Source: Eledone cirrhosa | Lineage: Eukaryota | DNA length: 64,000 nucleotides | Direction of reading: 5' to 3' | Assembly: GCA_964016885.1 (NCBI GenBank) | Contig: OZ024755.1 | Span: 5,952,001-6,016,000 of the forward strand | Notes under the pieces: generated by a model | Databases searched by the model: none | Told to the model about the DNA's origin: nothing | The model's input: the letters and a program-made list of their open reading frames with translations, nothing else | Program-made: the position numbers and the translations under genes | In this document: positions 59,232 through 64,000 of the stretch, one piece after another | Numbering within the stretch: the first letter of the stretch is position 1 | Layout: the number at the start of each line of letters is the position of its first letter

Positions 59232-59355
59232 TACATATATGTATATATATATACATATATATATATGTATATATATATATGTATATACATATATATATAT
59301 ACATATATATATATACATATATATATATACATATATACATATATATATATATATG

Positions 59356-59389
<34 letters not shown>

Positions 59390-59429
59390 CATATATCTAT
59401 ATACATATATACATATATATATATATATG

Positions 59430-59463
<34 letters not shown>

Positions 59464-59477
59464 CATATATCTATATG

Positions 59478-59513
<36 letters not shown>

Positions 59514-59522
59514 TATACATAC

Positions 59523-59643
<121 letters not shown>

Positions 59644-59648
59644 CATAC

Positions 59649-59863
<215 letters not shown>

Positions 59864-59868
59864 TATAC

Positions 59869-59903
<35 letters not shown>

Positions 59904-59918
59904 TATACATATATATAC

Positions 59919-59969
<51 letters not shown>

Positions 59970-59974
59970 TATAC

Positions 59975-60093
<119 letters not shown>

Positions 60094-60098
60094 TACAC

Positions 60099-60147
<49 letters not shown>

Positions 60148-60414
60148 CATATATATATACATATATATATACATATATATATACATACATATATATATAC
60201 ATATATATACATACATACATACATACATATATATACATACATACATACATACATATATACATATATATATACATACATATATATATACATATATATATAT
60301 ACATACATATATATATACATATATATATATACATATATATATACTTATACATATATACATATATATATATACATATATATATACATATACATATACATAT
60401 ATATATACATATAC

Positions 60415-60469
<55 letters not shown>

Positions 60470-60510
60470 CACATATATATATACATATATATATACATAT
60501 ATATATACAC

Positions 60511-60544
<34 letters not shown>

Positions 60545-61269
60545 CTACCCACCAACCTACCCACCAACCTACCAACCTACCCACTAAACTACCCACCTAT
60601 CTCCCTATATAACTAGTTTTCATTCCTTCTGTTTTCTCCTTGTTTTGATTTCATTTTTTTCTTCTTTTGTTCCCAGTTTCTTTCTCTTTCAAGACTTTCG
60701 TTCTTCTACTTTTCTATACAACTTATCATCTGCGCCCCCCCCCCCCCCCCAAAAAAAAAAACTTGATAAAAACCAAGCTTCCCGAAGCTTAGCTATGATT
60801 CTAGCCTAGAGGAATGTCAGATCGTATCCTTTCTTTTTTACTTTGTATGTATGCGATAGATATTATATCATAACAAATGTTTAAGTGTCTTTCTTTATAG
60901 TAAACAGAACTTTGAATCTTCCAGGCAAAATAACCTCTTGAGAAATACACAGAATATATAAAGAAAGAAGTGCGGAATAGCTGAATAATAGAATAAAAGA
61001 ACAGAACAGAAAAAAAGTATGAATAGTTGAAGTAATAGATAAACGAACGATTGAAGGAATCTTACAGTATTCTGTTTATGTTGTTATTGCTTAGTCAGCA
61101 GAAACGACAATACATTTTGTATTTCCAGGACCTCCGAAACCGGTGGAAATTGACAAAGGTATCCAATTCGGCGACATGGTCCGGGTGCTTGCAACAGACT
61201 AGACTCCTCAAAACACACCCACGACACAGGTAGTGATGATAATCTGAGTGATGTTTTTTTACGTTTGTC

Positions 61270-61580
61270 ACCTAAAATTAAGTCCACCTTCCAATATTCA
61301 CTCTCACTCGAGATTAAATTTATTATTCAAGATAAAGTCTATCAGCCAAGACTAAGTCAAATGCTCAAGATTAAGTTTACCATCCATAATTCTATCGTAG
61401 GAGATTAAGTTTATTACACAGGATTGAGTCTATCAGGCAAACACGAAGCTAACTCCCAAGATTAAGTCAACCGCCTAAAATTAAGTCTACCTCACAAGAC
61501 CTTGTCTACCTACTTCCTAAAATTAGGTCTGCCATTCTAGATAAAATCTACCATCCAAGATTATATATCTACCACCCAAA
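61270..61580 (+). repeat. Diverged ~21-bp minisatellite (AAGATTAAGTCTACC-like)
   Basis: Recurrent AAGATTAAGT(C/T) motifs at near-regular spacing. Confidence 0.6.
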
Positions 61581-61581
61581 A

Positions 61582-61638
<57 letters not shown>

Positions 61639-62018
61639 GGCGGAAGAACTCATAACAGTCAACGGTCATCCGAAATTGTGTAAATATGTATGTATATAGA
61701 CATGTACCACCAAGTTAAACCACTGGGAGTGAAGGACCCCTAGCCCTTGTCAGGGCATTCTTCTAGGAAAGGCAACTCAGGAAACTGGGATAACTCCGAT
61801 ATAAAACCTGCGGCTCAGTAGTTACCGATGATGTTGATCTTTTCTTCTTTTCGGGTTATAGCTACTGTCGCTCAGAGAGTGGGATTGGCTCAGTGCACAG
61901 TCTTTCCTCACTTTAAAAAATATCTTCACGCACAGGCATTGCACGATACAATTAATTAATAATTATTAATAATGGTATATCGTACAATGGTCATACTCGA
62001 TAACGAGGGGGCAGCCAT

Positions 62019-62066
<48 letters not shown>

Positions 62067-62191
62067 GTAAACAGAATTAACAACGCAACGGTACAGTATA
62101 TGGAAAGGAGGTATTCAAAACATGGCAGAGTGTAAATATTTAATATAGAAATGGCTTCTACAGGACTAGAAATGATTAATTCCAAGGAAAT

Positions 62192-62223
<32 letters not shown>

Positions 62224-62347
62224 CATACACCTATATATATATATATATATATATATAGATTGATTTACCTGCTAGAAGGATATATATATTTATACTATGT
62301 ATGTAACTCTTAATTGCCTCAAAGGGTATGGTTTACTTATTATGAGG

Positions 62348-62547
62348 NNNNNNNNNNNNNNNNNNNNNNNNNNNNNNNNNNNNNNNNNNNNNNNNNNNNN
62401 NNNNNNNNNNNNNNNNNNNNNNNNNNNNNNNNNNNNNNNNNNNNNNNNNNNNNNNNNNNNNNNNNNNNNNNNNNNNNNNNNNNNNNNNNNNNNNNNNNNN
62501 NNNNNNNNNNNNNNNNNNNNNNNNNNNNNNNNNNNNNNNNNNNNNNN
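62348..62547. other. Assembly gap (200 N)
   Basis: Run of n characters. Confidence 1.
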
Positions 62548-62585
62548 AATCAAAATTTTAATTTGTAAACAAATAAACTCCTTAC

Positions 62586-62669
62586 CATCAACAAAGCAAT
62601 GCCGCAAGCCGTTCCACCTAAAATGTTTAGATTACTGTAGAAAAAATCAGAAACAGCAGAGAAGCATCC
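62586..62669 (-). CDS. Second, apparently identical copy of the tetraspanin 84-nt exon
   Basis: Lies in the 62548-63420 duplicate of 58151-59024, adjacent to the N gap. Confidence 0.55.
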
Positions 62670-63363
62670 CTGAAAATATAGAAAAAGAATGATTAATGGC
62701 GAAATTGTGAATATTAAATTGTGGTAGAGGACAAACTCAGAGCTGTATGGGAGCGTCCCAAAAGTCAGCTCAAAAGTGACACAGAGGAGACTGAGGGTCG
62801 CTGGACATGCTCACCGACATCCAGAGTTGACATTGCACTCAGTGCTCCTGTGGGAGCCCCTACATAGACACACTAGAAGAGGAAGACCAAGGTTAACGTA
62901 TGTTGATGCCCTCAGGACAGACACTGGTCTGTTGGAGACGCAGGACATGGCAGCGATAATGAGGGACAGAGGCTGCTGGAGAGAACTCGTCCATTGATGT
63001 CGGGAATTTTACCCGCCTTAGATAGATAGATAGGACAAAGATAGATACAACTAAAATAATTTTAAAACGAGAGACACTTGGTTTCAAAGAAAGAATTTCA
63101 AATCCCAGTGAAGAATTTTAACCTATGGAGGCAATTAATAGTCTACAAAAGACAGCTCTTACAGACTTAAGCTTGTTTGGGTCTATACAATTATTTAGGT
63201 TTGGAAAGCTTGCACATGTTAATACAGGGCCCAAGTGAAAGGATTACCAGGTGAGAACTCAAAATGCGCAAGAATTGAGGAAAACTGGGATCGCAAAGGG
63301 AAGAATAGCACCTATTCAGGGTTGAATCGGAGGTAACCACAGTAAGTAAGGTACTCAATACAA

Positions 63364-63416
63364 GAGATTCCTGATGATTTCTAAAGAATGAAACAGTTCT
63401 AGTCCTGTAGAATCTC
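63364..63416 (+). ncRNA. Duplicate copy of the 58968 hammerhead motif
   Basis: Same sequence within the duplicated block. Confidence 0.6.
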
Positions 63417-63731
63417 ATCTATATATATATACATATATATATGTATATATATATACATATATATATATGTATATATATATGTATATATATATGTATATAT
63501 ATATGTATATATATATGTATGTTAACCTTGGTCTTCCTCTTCTAGTGTGTCCATGTAGGGGCTCCCAAAGGATCACTGAGTGCAATGTTGATGCCCTAAG
63601 GACAGACACTGGTCTGTTGGAGATGCAGGATATGGCAGCGATAATGAGGGACAGAGACCGCTGGAGAGAACTCGTCCATGGATCTCGGGAATTTTACCCG
63701 CCTTAGATAGATATATATGTATATATATATG

Positions 63732-63762
<31 letters not shown>

Positions 63763-63791
63763 GTATATATGTATATATATATAAATATATG

Positions 63792-63826
<35 letters not shown>

Positions 63827-63850
63827 GTATATACATATATGTATATATAC

Positions 63851-63881
<31 letters not shown>

Positions 63882-63891
63882 TACATATATG

Positions 63892-63926
<35 letters not shown>

Positions 63927-63950
63927 GTATATACATATATGTATATATAC

Positions 63951-63981
<31 letters not shown>

Positions 63982-64000
63982 TACATATATGTATATATAT

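Overview
Eukaryotic, AT-rich, microsatellite-dense genomic DNA. The SINE/LINE repertoire and (TA)n seas suggest a cephalopod such as Octopus (inference). The long ORFs in the track are almost all microsatellite noise; the real genes are spliced. (1) 417-16142 (+): 17 coding exons (716 aa in window, N-terminus outside) of a two-pore channel, TPC3-like. Intron 12774-13923 is a minor-spliceosome AT-AC intron, and one splice donor is amplified 18 times by a 49-bp tandem repeat. (2) 19298-19594 (-): a convergent orphan 98-aa protein with four CxxC motifs and real gene architecture. (3) About 21310-33990: a 41-bp satellite with a sharp polarity inversion at about 28300 and different higher-order repeats in each arm. 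(4) 52557-58272 (-): the last two coding exons of a tetraspanin; one exon is duplicated next to an assembly gap. Several unrelated inverted/tandem repeats encode minimal type-I hammerhead ribozyme motifs of the Penelope-like pLTR kind; the best preserved are at 53859-53897 and 58968-59020. tRNA-derived SINEs, TTAA MITEs and RTE-LINE fragments are also present.
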